Below are positions 10,941-21,342 of a stretch of 64,000 bases of DNA, piece after piece. Both the position numbers and the translations under genes were made by a program. Source of the stretch: a virus. The stretch is taken from positions 12,275 through 76,274 of the IMG/VR virus record IMGVR_UViG_3300025117_000005; one strand, written 5' to 3'. Positions within the stretch are counted from its first letter, which is position 1, and the number at the start of each line of letters is the position of its first letter. The notes under the pieces were generated by a model that saw nothing but the letters and a program-made list of their open reading frames with translations, was not told the origin of the DNA and searched no databases.

Positions 10941-11021
10941 CTGGACTTTAAGCTGCGGCTTCGCAATGCAGCCGCGTTACCCTATCTACCCATGGTAGTA
11001 GGGGCACAGATACCTTATACC

Positions 11022-12098
11022 TTAGTCGAAGAAAAATGGGAGCTGGAGGATTACCTTCGATGTGCCGTCATTAACGACCTGCGTGGTGGACTGCACTGTG
11101 AAGGTCGCCTGTCCGTCCATCGGATTTTCGTTGTTCTTGAAGTCCGGCGCGAAAGCCCCGCCAGTCGTCACCTTCGGATACCAGATGGCAAGCTGGCGCT
11201 GAACGCTGTTGACAACGGCATCGAAGAAGACAAGAAGCGACTTCTCGTTGATGGTGCCAAGAGGGTCCAACATCTCAATGGACTTGTAGGCCGCCAAGAG
11301 ATTCGGAGATGCAGGGGTGCCGGTAAACGCTGCATTCAGGTTGAGAATGGCCCCACCGCCATCAACGGAGACAATATAGTTCCTGTCCGTCTTTGCCAAC
11401 AGTGCGCTGATATTGTCAGTCACAACAGGATGGAAGATTACCCGATCACCGGCCGCAAACCGATTCGCCTCACCCGCGCCCAAGGTGATAGTCTTGTTGG
11501 CTGAACTGTATGAAGCCACGGTGCCGACCTTGGCAATGATAATGTCACCCGCTTCAGGTGGGACGGCCCACGTACCATCAGCGGTCACGGTCTTCGCCGA
11601 TACATCGATGGACTTGATGGTTTCCTCACCGACGATGACATCACCGGAAATATCCCAGAAAGAAATCTTGTCCCCCACAACAAACTTGCTTACCTCTTTC
11701 GAGGTCGCAAAGGTTGTGACCGCATCTCCGATATTGGTCTGTGTTACGACCGTTCCCATCGACACCACGTTCGATTGGGTCATACCCATGACCTGCGCCA
11801 GGACTTCGGCATGCATTTCATGGTACGTAAACGTGACCTGTGCCGTGCGCTCTCCTTCCCATGACAAACGGGTTGTCTTGGGCAAACCGAGCTTGAGTTC
11901 TCCGATGTTCTTGGTCACAGGCACTGCGACACCGGAAATGAGCCCGAGGTCAGTCCATCCACTCAGGGGTGAAGAGACCGCCAGGATGCTCTGCCCCGAA
12001 TAGAGAATGTCTGCTGCATAGTCCCGGGCGAAGACACGGGGAGACGAGATAAAAATAAATCCTTCATGTTTGATTGGCTGCTCAAAGGAAAAGCTCAT
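11022..12098 (-). CDS. Major tail tube protein with inserted beta-rich domains
   Basis: GWTDLGLISG N-terminal motif, C-terminal IWYPKV...FAPDF; position before the chaperone; SD AGGAGG. Confidence 0.75.
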   Translation of the reverse strand: MSFSFEQPIKHEGFIFISSPRVFARDYAADILYSGQSILAVSSPLSGWTDLGLISGVAVPVTKNIGELKLGLPKTTRLSWEGERTAQVTFTYHEMHAEVLAQVMGMTQSNVVSMGTVVTQTNIGDAVTTFATSKEVSKFVVGDKISFWDISGDVIVGEETIKSIDVSAKTVTADGTWAVPPEAGDIIIAKVGTVASYSSANKTITLGAGEANRFAAGDRVIFHPVVTDNISALLAKTDRNYIVSVDGGGAILNLNAAFTGTPASPNLLAAYKSIEMLDPLGTINEKSLLVFFDAVVNSVQRQLAIWYPKVTTGGAFAPDFKNNENPMDGQATFTVQSTTQVVNDGTSKVILQLPFFFD

Positions 12099-12203
12099 TG
12101 ATATCCTCCTGTTACGTGATTTTCTACTGGCCTCGCACCCAACTTCACGTTGCAGCTCGGATGCGATACCGCTAAATTGTTTAAGTTAAAAAGCCGATAC
12201 ACA

Positions 12204-12452
12204 TCATCTCCCATGATGCTTGGATTGCTGCTCTATAATCCGAGCGAATTCATGATCAGATATCTCCCGTCCAACTGGAGTGTCAGAGAAACTATCTCTC
12301 CACTCAAAAAGACGTGTTTCAAACTGCTTCCCAAAATATCCAGAACCATCAAGTTGAACCGTGAGGCTCCCCTTCGCTTTCGACATGGCCAGGGCTTTCA
12401 GCCGCTTGACAATGCACTGTAGCTGCCTGTCCAGCTCTGGATCTTCACTCAT
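12204..12452 (-). CDS. Hypothetical protein
   Basis: ATGA-coupled to the upstream gene. Confidence 0.5.
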   Translation of the reverse strand: MSEDPELDRQLQCIVKRLKALAMSKAKGSLTVQLDGSGYFGKQFETRLFEWRDSFSDTPVGREISDHEFARIIEQQSKHHGR

Positions 12453-12895
12453 GAGAACACGTGTCTCGCTTCAACCTGATAGAGAAGAATGACATCCACG
12501 GCACGATGTACGAACCCTTCGGAATATGGAAGCGCGGGCCTTACCGTCACGTCCTTAACCTCGATCGTACCGTAGTTGGCGCTGCCACTTTCGTTCGTGA
12601 ACTGAAAAGTACGCTTGCCGGTCGTCGGTCTGTCTAACTTGTCAACGACCGTACTCACTAATTCCGCAATGAGGATCCCATCGGGATCATTTTTCGTTAC
12701 GCAGAAGATCCGGGGAAAGCTGAACGACATTCCCCCGATCCGGTCATCCTGAAAAGACACGACCAAAAACTTGTCCGAGGTGATCTCTTTCGGACGTAAT
12801 ACAGGATTGTAGTATTGTGGAATGGTCGGAAACTGAGCATACAGATACCTTCTGAACGACCAAAACATATTCAAAAAGGTCTTGGAGTTTGCCAT
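12449..12895 (-). CDS. Tail completion/terminator-like protein
   Basis: Size and synteny in the neck module. Confidence 0.55.
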   Translation of the reverse strand: MANSKTFLNMFWSFRRYLYAQFPTIPQYYNPVLRPKEITSDKFLVVSFQDDRIGGMSFSFPRIFCVTKNDPDGILIAELVSTVVDKLDRPTTGKRTFQFTNESGSANYGTIEVKDVTVRPALPYSEGFVHRAVDVILLYQVEARHVFS

Positions 12896-13437
12896 TAATT
12901 CCCCAACCCACTCACAGCCGACCGAACAGCCTTCTTGAAAGCGTCCATCATGCGCTGCTTCTCGAAGGAGTTGAATGCCATTTCCCGTCCACCTGGACCA
13001 AACAAGGGACGGCCAGGATTCGGAATGCCACCGGATACCGCCGTCGCTCCAAACTCGTTACGGACCGCTTTCAGCATGACGTCCGGGCTCACCCCTTTTA
13101 AACCAACAAAGATCTTCAACCCGTCCGGCATGGTTTCAACCCCATGAATTTTCACGGCCCCTTTGATTTCCCCTGTGGCTTCCCATATCTCTTCTACCCA
13201 ACCCTCTTCTCTCTTCTCTTCGAGCCACACAGGGCTTAGGGGTTGCCAGTACACATCAGCAAAGACCATCCCGCCAGTGTGCTCACCCATGCGGGAGATA
13301 ATTATTTCGTAATACTGCTCACCAACCGCCTGAAGCGCCTTACCCGAATGCGAGACAAGGCCAGCCTTCAACTGCGCCATCTTTCCTTGAAACTTCTGCA
13401 ACGCATTGGGTTCAAGTCTTGCGCTGAATTCGATCAT
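12895..13437 (-). CDS. Neck/tail completion protein (HK97 gp10/Mu gpG-like)
   Basis: WQPLSP...NEFGA...IPNPGRPLF motifs; probable start MIEFSAR at 13437. Confidence 0.7.
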   Translation of the reverse strand: MIEFSARLEPNALQKFQGKMAQLKAGLVSHSGKALQAVGEQYYEIIISRMGEHTGGMVFADVYWQPLSPVWLEEKREEGWVEEIWEATGEIKGAVKIHGVETMPDGLKIFVGLKGVSPDVMLKAVRNEFGATAVSGGIPNPGRPLFGPGGREMAFNSFEKQRMMDAFKKAVRSAVSGLGN

Positions 13438-14045
13438 ACCCGTTTGTCCCCTGAACACAGGGCCTGATAGCACCCCGGATAGAGGGTCTTGTCAAGCGAA
13501 TCGATCTGTAGATTTTTACCGTCAGGCATCGTGATCCGGTCGCCATCCTTGGGAACGTAGGCCCCCAATCTCCGGGCCGAGAAAATCACACGCACCTTAT
13601 CGAAAGAGAGCTCTCCCGCAGGGGTCAGTGAGTCACCCTGTGAGAGATAGGAAATGTTCATGTAGTCATTGAACTTCACTGTCGGAGTGAAGGTTCTCTT
13701 ACCAGATCCCGTCGTAACAGTCTCGACCAACTGATAATAGGTACACTGGTAATTGCACTTATACGCTAGCGCCTGCTGCCCAATCTTGACCGTCCCGTCG
13801 TCCAGGAAGTTGCAAGTCGCAACCAAGAAATACTCCCCGGTCAGTGTTACCTGAAAAATATCACCGTCCACAACCTGAGAATTCCAGATGAAGTATGCGT
13901 CTCTAGCAAACTCTTTCCGGAAAGGATCGGTTGATTTGCTCGGAACGACAAAGGCCCTCTCCGAGATATTTCCCGCATCACGCTGAATAGATACGGCGCT
14001 GCCGTACTTCTCAATGTTGACGGTTAATTCGCTCTGGAAACTCAT
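13434..14045 (-). CDS. Head closure/head-tail joining protein
   Basis: Synteny; beta-rich, PKDGDRI motif. Confidence 0.55.
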   Translation of the reverse strand: MSFQSELTVNIEKYGSAVSIQRDAGNISERAFVVPSKSTDPFRKEFARDAYFIWNSQVVDGDIFQVTLTGEYFLVATCNFLDDGTVKIGQQALAYKCNYQCTYYQLVETVTTGSGKRTFTPTVKFNDYMNISYLSQGDSLTPAGELSFDKVRVIFSARRLGAYVPKDGDRITMPDGKNLQIDSLDKTLYPGCYQALCSGDKRV

Positions 14046-14503
14046 GGAAACAATTCCTCATCCAACTCCGACAGGTCAGTAAACATCGGTGTTGGCGGGG
14101 AAGATATCACAACAATATTGAGATCCGGGATTACCCCGGATTTCGCCAGGTTCATGTTCGCGTAGCAGAAAGAAAGATTGCCTTTCTCTTCCTGCTCCCA
14201 ATCTATCTGTTGCAGTTCGCGGGTAAAGACACCACCCGCGATACTCACCCGTTTGGCCTGGGTCTTTGCTAGAACCTTGCAGACCTTGGCCGCAATATGG
14301 AAGATAGCTGCCCTGTTGAAGTAGGCAGGCTTTGTTGGTTGCAGTACAGCCCAATCCGTGATTTTGCTCTTCACGAAGTCTTCGGAATCCACGGCGTAAA
14401 GGTCATCGGCCAAGAGGGCATCGGGAATGTCCGTAGAGGACACATTTCCACATGCACGCCGGACTGAGGCCTCCCAGCCGGCCAACAGGAATGAGTAGGC
14501 CAT
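14042..14503 (-). CDS. Head-tail adaptor protein
   Basis: Helical ~150 aa protein downstream of the capsid genes. Confidence 0.55.
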   Translation of the reverse strand: MAYSFLLAGWEASVRRACGNVSSTDIPDALLADDLYAVDSEDFVKSKITDWAVLQPTKPAYFNRAAIFHIAAKVCKVLAKTQAKRVSIAGGVFTRELQQIDWEQEEKGNLSFCYANMNLAKSGVIPDLNIVVISSPPTPMFTDLSELDEELFP

Positions 14504-14506
14504 AAC

Positions 14507-14716
14507 TTACACGTCCATCCATATATGCCCTGTAGCAGAGCAATCCTTGAGAAAGTTAAAGAGTGTCATGACAACCTCAGCATCCACTTGCCTTGCAAAT
14601 CTAAGAGCAAGATTCGCATCCCGAGTCCATTCCCACTCTGCAGACAGAAGGTTCCCCATTAACCATTCGGGACCCGCTGGAGTATCATGCTCAATAAGCC
14701 AGGCAACTTCTGTCAT
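14507..14716 (-). CDS. Small hypothetical protein inserted in head-neck module
   Basis: AWLIE...WTRDANLALRFARQVDAE; coupled to the upstream gene. Confidence 0.6.
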   Translation of the reverse strand: MTEVAWLIEHDTPAGPEWLMGNLLSAEWEWTRDANLALRFARQVDAEVVMTLFNFLKDCSATGHIWMDV

Positions 14717-15390
14717 TAGATGCTCAAGGGTGTTGCTTCAAAATCTCTCTCTTCGTAGTTGACAGAGAGATACCCCGCAGTCATTGCGGCAGAGTTCACC
14801 AACTTGATCGTTGCCTGTTCTCCGGCATCGATTGTGATCTTGTCGAACTTGTCCTGAGCTTCGACGGTTGTAGCCCCGCCGTCTTCTTGCCACACCAGCG
14901 TATCGCCGTTGTAAATCTTGAGCGCGGACGTTCCGCTACCATAAGTTGACTTACTCACGATGCCGGTGAGGTTGACCCGTTTGCCGGTGGCGACCGCAGG
15001 CAACACGACCTTGATCTGAAGGTGGGCATCCTGGACGAATACAACCGGGGCGGTTTTTACATCGGCGGCACCCACGACTGTCAGGCTTGCAGATGCTTCC
15101 GTACCGTCAAACTGATCCCCAAGCGTGCATTCCCAGTCAGCCAGGCCATTGATGTGGGCCACCAATTCGGCCAGGGTATTGTAGGCAGCCGCCGTCAGGT
15201 CGATATCCGCAACTACCGTCAGCGCCGGTGCAGCAAGTTCCAGGGAGTTGGCCTTTACCTCAGCCGTGCCTGTATCCTCTTCACCTACATAGAGGATACT
15301 AATGGCGTTTTTGTTCCATGTCTGATGTACGGCCTTGTGCTCTTTGCGAAGGTCGAAAACTGATTCGTTAACGAGATTTTCATTTTTCAT
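14716..15390 (-). CDS. Putative virion structural protein
   Basis: Ala/Thr/Val-rich beta protein directly after the MCP. Confidence 0.55.
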   Translation of the reverse strand: MKNENLVNESVFDLRKEHKAVHQTWNKNAISILYVGEEDTGTAEVKANSLELAAPALTVVADIDLTAAAYNTLAELVAHINGLADWECTLGDQFDGTEASASLTVVGAADVKTAPVVFVQDAHLQIKVVLPAVATGKRVNLTGIVSKSTYGSGTSALKIYNGDTLVWQEDGGATTVEAQDKFDKITIDAGEQATIKLVNSAAMTAGYLSVNYEERDFEATPLSI

Positions 15391-15463
15391 GACGATTCAC
15401 CCCTACCTATGTCAAGCGGGGGATGAGTATAACGTGACCCCATCCCCCTTCGCGGATTGTTGT

Positions 15464-16591
15464 CTATGCGTCTGTGTTTAAACGCTTCCTCGCGGACGCA
15501 AAAAGTATCTGAAAACCGACGGTGTTACTCATAACTATTTCTGTGAACTGTCCATTGATAATACGATCTGTTTCCGTCAGGTCCGTCCCAATTTCACGAT
15601 ATCCGATCATGCCATACCGCCTATCAAGGCCCACAAGGTCGTTGGCGGGAATATCGGCATGCTCGACGTACCGGATATTCGGAGCGGCCTTTACGTTCAC
15701 AAGAGTAGGAGCACCAGGAAGACCGGCTGTCCTGACGTTGTTGTTGAACCACAGTGGCAGGGCCGTGGGACTGGCGACCAGCCATGCCTCCATCACGTCG
15801 GCACTATTTGAAATGATCGTGGTGCATTGGCCGGGATAGAATGTGGCAAGCCATGTCAGATATCCTGGGAGAGTCATATCGGAAGTTCCGGTAGGAGCCC
15901 CGCCCTGATGCGTGGAAAGGTTGCTCTGCGCAATGGCGGCACCATTGGCATGACCAGAGCCATCACCACTCAGGAGCACGCTAATCGCCAGAGAAATCTC
16001 GTCCATCCTTCTCTGAAGCATGATACGCCCAATCAGGATCTGGATAAGGGGCATGGTCGCCCTTCTTACGAAGTCGTAAGACATCTTGATCCGTACACCG
16101 AATTTCTTGAGCGTGGTCGTTTTCTCGGACCAATTGATAGTCGTGGTCGGGAACTCGCCCATCTCACCAACCCTAGAAGTCTGTCGGTCCGCTTCCGTAT
16201 CGTCGATGTAGATAGCCCGGAGAATGGCACTGTCATTGATCGTCTCCATGCTGGCAACGAGCTCGGGTAGGATATCCGTTTCATCCATCAATGCTATCCG
16301 CGCCATACGGTTCAGAACCTCCGGGAAAAGGATAGCCGATGCAGGATGATTGGACTGAAAAAACAGGGCACCAGTAGATGCGGGGATGCCGGACTTTGGA
16401 TCCTGGTGAAGCCGGATATTGAATCGTGCCAACTGTCTCTCGAAGGCATCCAGGCCGGTATTGTCACCAGGTTCCGTGGGAGACATAAGTTCCAAAAGCT
16501 GCGAAAACGATACCCCCATGTCAATGGCCTGCTCATAGAGCTTCCGTGACAGCGGGACATCTTTGGTTCCATATTTGACGATTTCAATCAT
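15464..16591 (-). CDS. Major capsid protein (HK97 fold)
   Basis: SD AGGAGG before ATG 16591; RVGEMGEFP...TTLKKFGVRIKMSYDF; follows portal-protease-decoration. Confidence 0.9.
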   Translation of the reverse strand: MIEIVKYGTKDVPLSRKLYEQAIDMGVSFSQLLELMSPTEPGDNTGLDAFERQLARFNIRLHQDPKSGIPASTGALFFQSNHPASAILFPEVLNRMARIALMDETDILPELVASMETINDSAILRAIYIDDTEADRQTSRVGEMGEFPTTTINWSEKTTTLKKFGVRIKMSYDFVRRATMPLIQILIGRIMLQRRMDEISLAISVLLSGDGSGHANGAAIAQSNLSTHQGGAPTGTSDMTLPGYLTWLATFYPGQCTTIISNSADVMEAWLVASPTALPLWFNNNVRTAGLPGAPTLVNVKAAPNIRYVEHADIPANDLVGLDRRYGMIGYREIGTDLTETDRIINGQFTEIVMSNTVGFQILFASARKRLNTDA

Positions 16592-16627
16592 TGAAAATTC
16601 CTCCTGTCGAAGAATGATTTTTTCAAC

Positions 16628-16653
16628 AAAAAAGGCCACCCGAAAGCAGCCTT
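16628..16653 (-). terminator. Intrinsic terminator-like hairpin between decoration gene and MCP
   Basis: AAGGCTGC-TTTCGG-GTGGCCTT running into a T tract on minus strand. Confidence 0.6.
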
Positions 16654-16687
16654 GATTTCAAACACGATCTTGTGAATCTCGTTTTTG

Positions 16688-17104
16688 TTATGAAGGGTCC
16701 AGCTTGAAAGTCACTAACTTATTCGAGGTATCGACCCACACTACGCGCCGGAGGGGAGTGCCAGCCGCAGCCGTGATCTTCTTCACGGACGTCGCCACGG
16801 TAAAGGCCGGGGTGCCGTCGCCGCCACCAGCCTGCAAGCAGTTCCAACCAACCGTAGGAGCATGGTTGCTGTCATACCCCATGGTCACGTACCCGTCTTC
16901 CTGAACGGAAGCGAGCTTGTCATCCTGGTCGATCACCCTGACAATACCGATGAATTCATCATTCTCGGCCGTAACCGCCACAACCGTCCCGTTGGTAGAC
17001 ATTTTCACGAGTTTGCCTTCATCAGTGTGCTTGGTCAGCGCACTCAGGTAATTGATAAACGCGCCAGTCTTTTTTCCAACAAAGGAAATAGTTCTCGAAG
17101 CCAT
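16688..17104 (-). CDS. Capsid decoration/cement protein
   Basis: 138 aa beta-rich protein (GKLVKMSTNGTV...EFIGIV) between scaffold and MCP. Confidence 0.65.
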   Translation of the reverse strand: MASRTISFVGKKTGAFINYLSALTKHTDEGKLVKMSTNGTVVAVTAENDEFIGIVRVIDQDDKLASVQEDGYVTMGYDSNHAPTVGWNCLQAGGGDGTPAFTVATSVKKITAAAGTPLRRVVWVDTSNKLVTFKLDPS

Positions 17105-17137
17105 TATACGAACCTCCTGATTTGAATTTGAAAACCG

Positions 17138-18526
17138 TTATTTCCCGAACTTGTAAAGTGCGGGGTCGACGGGTTGATTGTCTTCTGGAAGATCATGTCC
17201 CCTATCCACGAGCCCGCCGGCCTGTTGCGTTTTCCTCCCCACCGGAATCATCTGCGCAAGCTGGATCTGCATGAGGTCCGACTTCTTAACCAGGTCATCC
17301 ACGCTCAGGGCTGCGATCTCTTTGTCGAACAACTCGTCGTTGTGAGCCGCGCCGTTGATCGCCACCGAGAGCTTCCGGCACTGGTCTTTCAGGCTGGTGA
17401 CATACTTCTCTGCCACCTTTTTCTGCGCCTCAAGGTCGGCCTGCAACTGCGTAATCTGCCCCTCTGCGTCGGCCAATTTAATCTGAAGATCGGCCTTGTC
17501 ATGCTCGGACTGGCCGAGAATACCAGTCAAGGTCTTAACCTCGTTCTCTTTCTGAGCCAGAGTAGTCTGTGCAGTCTGCAACTGGCCCTTGACCTCCTCC
17601 AGGGAAACCTTAATACCATCAACCTGAGCCTGAAGGGTGTTTTTCTCTGCCGTCATTGCGTTCAAAGCGTCCTGCAATTCTTTTATGGTCATCTCGCCCT
17701 CTCCTACCACTTCGCCCACCCTCTCGATACTCCCGTCAAACCGGAGATTGAATCGGAGGATGTCGGTGGGTTTAAAGTCTTTAATATTGGTGGACATGAT
17801 ACAAACGTCATTCCCGTTGACGAGCTTACCGTCCTTAATGGAAAGATTCGTGCTGTCCGGAATAGAAAGGTCGCCCCGGATCCTGGCCCCCGGGAGCCCC
17901 GCCGCGTACACGGCAGACAACTCGATAAGGTTCCGCTTCTTCACCGCGCCCTGATGGACCGTGTAGGTCGCCAGCTTCATGACGGGCGTTTCACCTTCAG
18001 GAGCCGTGTTGTACCACCTGCCCGGGATATGGGCACAGTCCCAACTCCGCACATCGTTCCCGCAAATATCGCACAGATAGGAACCCGCCTGAAAACCGAC
18101 ACTGACGGCTTCAGTCTGACCGGCATTCACGGCCTTTGCATAATCATCCGTGTTGATACCGGAAACGTTCAGGTTCTTTCGCATGGACACCGTGGGTCGA
18201 AAATGTTTGATGGTCAATGCATCTGCGATTGGTTGTTCTGCAACCTCCGACTTGAAAAGAAGACCGGAAGGGATCATATTGTCGTTGTGTCCGAAGAGAA
18301 ACCCGACCTTCTCCGCATTCTCATTGGTATGCCGAGCCATTACGTCATCGTGGAACCCCTGGATCATGTCTTCCCCGAGGAAGGAAAAATAAGCCGTCAT
18401 CTGTCCGGAGTTTGCGGCTTCAACATCAAAAATGTATACGTCATCTTCCTTGACTGGCTCTGGTGCGAAGAACTTGTTAATGGTTTCCAGTTCCTGTACC
18501 GTTGGTTTACGAATGAGTTTAAGCAT
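17138..18526 (-). CDS. Prohead protease with C-terminal coiled-coil scaffold
   Basis: FGHND, VSVGF..CDICG...CAHIPG, ELSAV motifs; C-terminal heptad repeats. Confidence 0.85.
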   Translation of the reverse strand: MLKLIRKPTVQELETINKFFAPEPVKEDDVYIFDVEAANSGQMTAYFSFLGEDMIQGFHDDVMARHTNENAEKVGFLFGHNDNMIPSGLLFKSEVAEQPIADALTIKHFRPTVSMRKNLNVSGINTDDYAKAVNAGQTEAVSVGFQAGSYLCDICGNDVRSWDCAHIPGRWYNTAPEGETPVMKLATYTVHQGAVKKRNLIELSAVYAAGLPGARIRGDLSIPDSTNLSIKDGKLVNGNDVCIMSTNIKDFKPTDILRFNLRFDGSIERVGEVVGEGEMTIKELQDALNAMTAEKNTLQAQVDGIKVSLEEVKGQLQTAQTTLAQKENEVKTLTGILGQSEHDKADLQIKLADAEGQITQLQADLEAQKKVAEKYVTSLKDQCRKLSVAINGAAHNDELFDKEIAALSVDDLVKKSDLMQIQLAQMIPVGRKTQQAGGLVDRGHDLPEDNQPVDPALYKFGK

Positions 18527-18748
18527 GTGAAATCACCCCGTTATGCGAATGTGCAACCTTCGATAAAGTGACGCGCCTCTTCCCGCTCTACTTCTTCCAG
18601 AAAGATTGCTTTCTCCGGTGGTATTTCCGGTTCTGGCCTATTTTCCTGTTTGCGAAACTTGTTCCGGTAGCCCTCACTGATCATCCCGTGCAGTTTGTGC
18701 CCTGTCTTGTCATGGTTCAAACCGGTATGTCTGATCTTGGCGAACACC

Positions 18749-20233
18749 TTAATCTCCCCCCCCCGTCCTACGATCCCGGTTCGTCTCGCCACGCTTCTCT
18801 TCCTTCCCGTCTTCCTGGGAAGCATCACGCTGAGGATTGTTTTTACCCTGCGGGGAGAAGCCCTCCATCCGCTTTGCATCCGGGGGTTTGTCCCCCTTCA
18901 CCCGAAGCATACGCCGAGCCTTGCCATCCCGCTCGGACTGCGAAATCGTACCCATCATCTCTTCTTCCCAAAGTAGGAGGGAGTACGCAGCCAAATACTG
19001 CGCAGATTCGTATTCCGGCCGTAGCGCCGGATCCTGCCACTGCCAATCCGCATACGCCTGAATCCCGGCATCGACCTGTAGCGCCAGAGTAAACATCCGG
19101 TCCAGGAGGCGCTTCAGTATGGCCTGGAAGCCCTGAATGAGCTTGATGAATAGGAGGGCCTCAATCGACGTGTAGCCCTCCGTAGACCCCCCAAAACGTT
19201 TACCAAGGATGGTTGCATAGGACTTGAGCGCCGAGGCCATATCGGAGAGCAGAACATTCACTATGGCCTGGACGTCAATCCCAGATTTCGCGTTCTGTCC
19301 AGTCAGGGGCGTGAGCTTCACCATGTCCCAATGGGCCGGGTTATCATCTGCCTCCAGGGATTGCATGGAGGTTTTGGCCTCTTCGAGAACCCGGTTCAAT
19401 TCTTCCACTATCTTGGCCGGGTCCGTGATGCCCTTGGACTTGCAGGCCGCCAGAACATCTTCCTGGCTGATGGAAATGTCTATCCGGTCGAACCCGATAT
19501 TGTGCAGGGCTCGGGCAAAGTCCTGTAACAGCCGAAACTTATTCATCACGGTCTGGATGGCCGAGATGATCTGATTCGTACCGTATGGGTCGCCGGCGAT
19601 CGGGTCTACAGGGATATAAAAGAAGTTGCGGTAGTCAAGCCTGACTTCATCCGCACCCATCCCCTGCACAGGTATGAGCCTTCCATCCGTATTCGTCTTA
19701 AAATCAATCGTGGTCGGGTCAACATAATGGAATCCGGATACCTTATATCCTTCCCCAAACGCCGCTTCTGCCGAAACAGCGCCATCAATCAGGATTGACA
19801 AGGCAGATTGCAGATAAAAGCCGGACACTGAACTGTCCAAAACAAACCCGTTGGAAACAGGGTTGTTGAATCGATCTATCAACCCATCCAAGTACGACTG
19901 ACCCTGTTGATGAATGGACCCCGATGGTTTCCGGGCCGCCAGGAAAAACCCGCTGTCGAAGACACGCAAGTAGTTGCTGATGGCATGGCTGACTGTGGGC
20001 TCCACATAAACCAGGAGGCGAAGGATCGTTGTGGAACTCAGGGTTGAGAGCTTTGAAAGATCGTACTTGTGAAAATCCTGGAATTGCCGGGGAAGGTAGG
20101 CAAATGGGTTTTGCTGGTTTGTGACCTGCGTGATATAGTCTACAGACTTCTTGCCAATGGATATAGCTTGAGTACGAGGGACGGCCGGGGCAAGACGCTC
20201 TGGTGTCTTACGCAGAAAATCAAGAAAGGACAA
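18749..20233 (-). CDS. Portal protein
   Basis: 494 aa; YVDPTTIDF, DPYGTNQI motif; upstream of the protease. Confidence 0.85.
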   Translation of the reverse strand: MSFLDFLRKTPERLAPAVPRTQAISIGKKSVDYITQVTNQQNPFAYLPRQFQDFHKYDLSKLSTLSSTTILRLLVYVEPTVSHAISNYLRVFDSGFFLAARKPSGSIHQQGQSYLDGLIDRFNNPVSNGFVLDSSVSGFYLQSALSILIDGAVSAEAAFGEGYKVSGFHYVDPTTIDFKTNTDGRLIPVQGMGADEVRLDYRNFFYIPVDPIAGDPYGTNQIISAIQTVMNKFRLLQDFARALHNIGFDRIDISISQEDVLAACKSKGITDPAKIVEELNRVLEEAKTSMQSLEADDNPAHWDMVKLTPLTGQNAKSGIDVQAIVNVLLSDMASALKSYATILGKRFGGSTEGYTSIEALLFIKLIQGFQAILKRLLDRMFTLALQVDAGIQAYADWQWQDPALRPEYESAQYLAAYSLLLWEEEMMGTISQSERDGKARRMLRVKGDKPPDAKRMEGFSPQGKNNPQRDASQEDGKEEKRGETNRDRRTGGGD

Positions 20234-20405
20234 TAGGCTCCCTCACCGGTGTTCTACCTGACCTGCGGGTTTCCTCAAGAAACCATTCTTTTCGGTTGGC
20301 CTCGGCAAAACTGTAGCCTTCACAAAAAAAACAGTTCTTCCAGTTCTCACCCGAAGTCTGTCGTAAATGGGCGTCGCATCTTGGGCATCTCTCTTCGATG
20401 AACAT
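20220..20405 (-). CDS. Small zinc-ribbon protein
   Basis: CPRC...CFFC. Confidence 0.45.
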   Translation of the reverse strand: MFIEERCPRCDAHLRQTSGENWKNCFFCEGYSFAEANRKEWFLEETRRSGRTPVREPIVLS

Positions 20406-20441
20406 TGATCGGCTCCGTGCCGACCCAAGGACAATATAATC

Positions 20442-20735
20442 CTACGTATCTAACCTTGAGTCGGCCTGTTTCGCTTTTTGTTGTAAACGTGAGATGATAG
20501 CCCTTAATATATCACCCGGAATATCAAGGGCTTGCTCCACTTCTGCCCGGACCTCTCTACGGTCTAAAAGCGAAACAACGAATCTGAGAATCTTTGTTTC
20601 GAGGGGGCTAAAACGGATGCCACCGGGGCCACGATACTTGGGATTGTCTTGCCCAACGTACAGTTCGGCCTCTTCGCATAAAACTCTACATTGATTTCGA
20701 TCTGGACATTCTCGACACAACATGACGGCCTCCAA
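20442..20735 (-). CDS. Cys-rich HTH-like protein, possible late regulator
   Basis: CRECPDRNQCRVLC, then FSPLETKIL...ALDIPGDILRAIISRL (LuxR/sigma-4-like pattern). Confidence 0.45.
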   Translation of the reverse strand: MEAVMLCRECPDRNQCRVLCEEAELYVGQDNPKYRGPGGIRFSPLETKILRFVVSLLDRREVRAEVEQALDIPGDILRAIISRLQQKAKQADSRLDT

Positions 20736-20999
20736 CTGTTCTGGTCAGCCGTCCGCTGTCGGGTGGGATGACGGGGGTGAAATATCGGCTACAAAAGCGC
20801 AAGTAATGCCACAATGAAACAAATTATTACGAAGGCTCCGGTGAGCAGGAAGGAACGAGTGCTACCAAACTGGCCATGCTCATACCATTCACAAAACGCC
20901 GGGTCCAACTCCTGCAACGTGCGTGCGCCAGCATTCCAGCGTTTATCAAATTCCTCATGCGTCAACGGTTCAGGCGGCGGTATGAAACCCATTTTCCCC

Positions 21000-21305
21000 T
21001 CATTCTCCCGGCCGTAGCATCTCCACGACCTTATGCAGCATCGCAGCTGCCTGTTCTCTCAGGGCAATCACTTGTGTAAAGAGCGTCCCTGATTCAGAAA
21101 ACTTGTCCCGGTCATACGGCATGAGCAGGCTTTCTTCGATATCCACGACTTGCCCGTCCCACATCCGGCGCACGGAGTAAAGTGGTATATCGGGACGCTT
21201 CTCGTTTGCCTTCACGCCTTCGATCGGACCCACAACCGGGACTTCCATGAAGCCCATCACGTACTGGTTGATCTGAAATTTAGGTGGTAGTTTGGCTGCT
21301 TCCAT
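21000..21305 (-). CDS. Hypothetical protein (SH3-like)
   Basis: KFQINQYV...YSVRR...IEESLLMPY. Confidence 0.55.
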   Translation of the reverse strand: MEAAKLPPKFQINQYVMGFMEVPVVGPIEGVKANEKRPDIPLYSVRRMWDGQVVDIEESLLMPYDRDKFSESGTLFTQVIALREQAAAMLHKVVEMLRPGE

Positions 21306-21342
21306 TGTTGTGTTTTTTACCTCAATCGTAGTGAATTTTACA

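Noticed and set aside
17174-18571. 465-aa plus-strand ORF
   Set aside because: Antisense shadow of the protease/scaffold gene; no motifs or SD. The same applies to the many plus-strand ORFs over the TMP and other structural genes.
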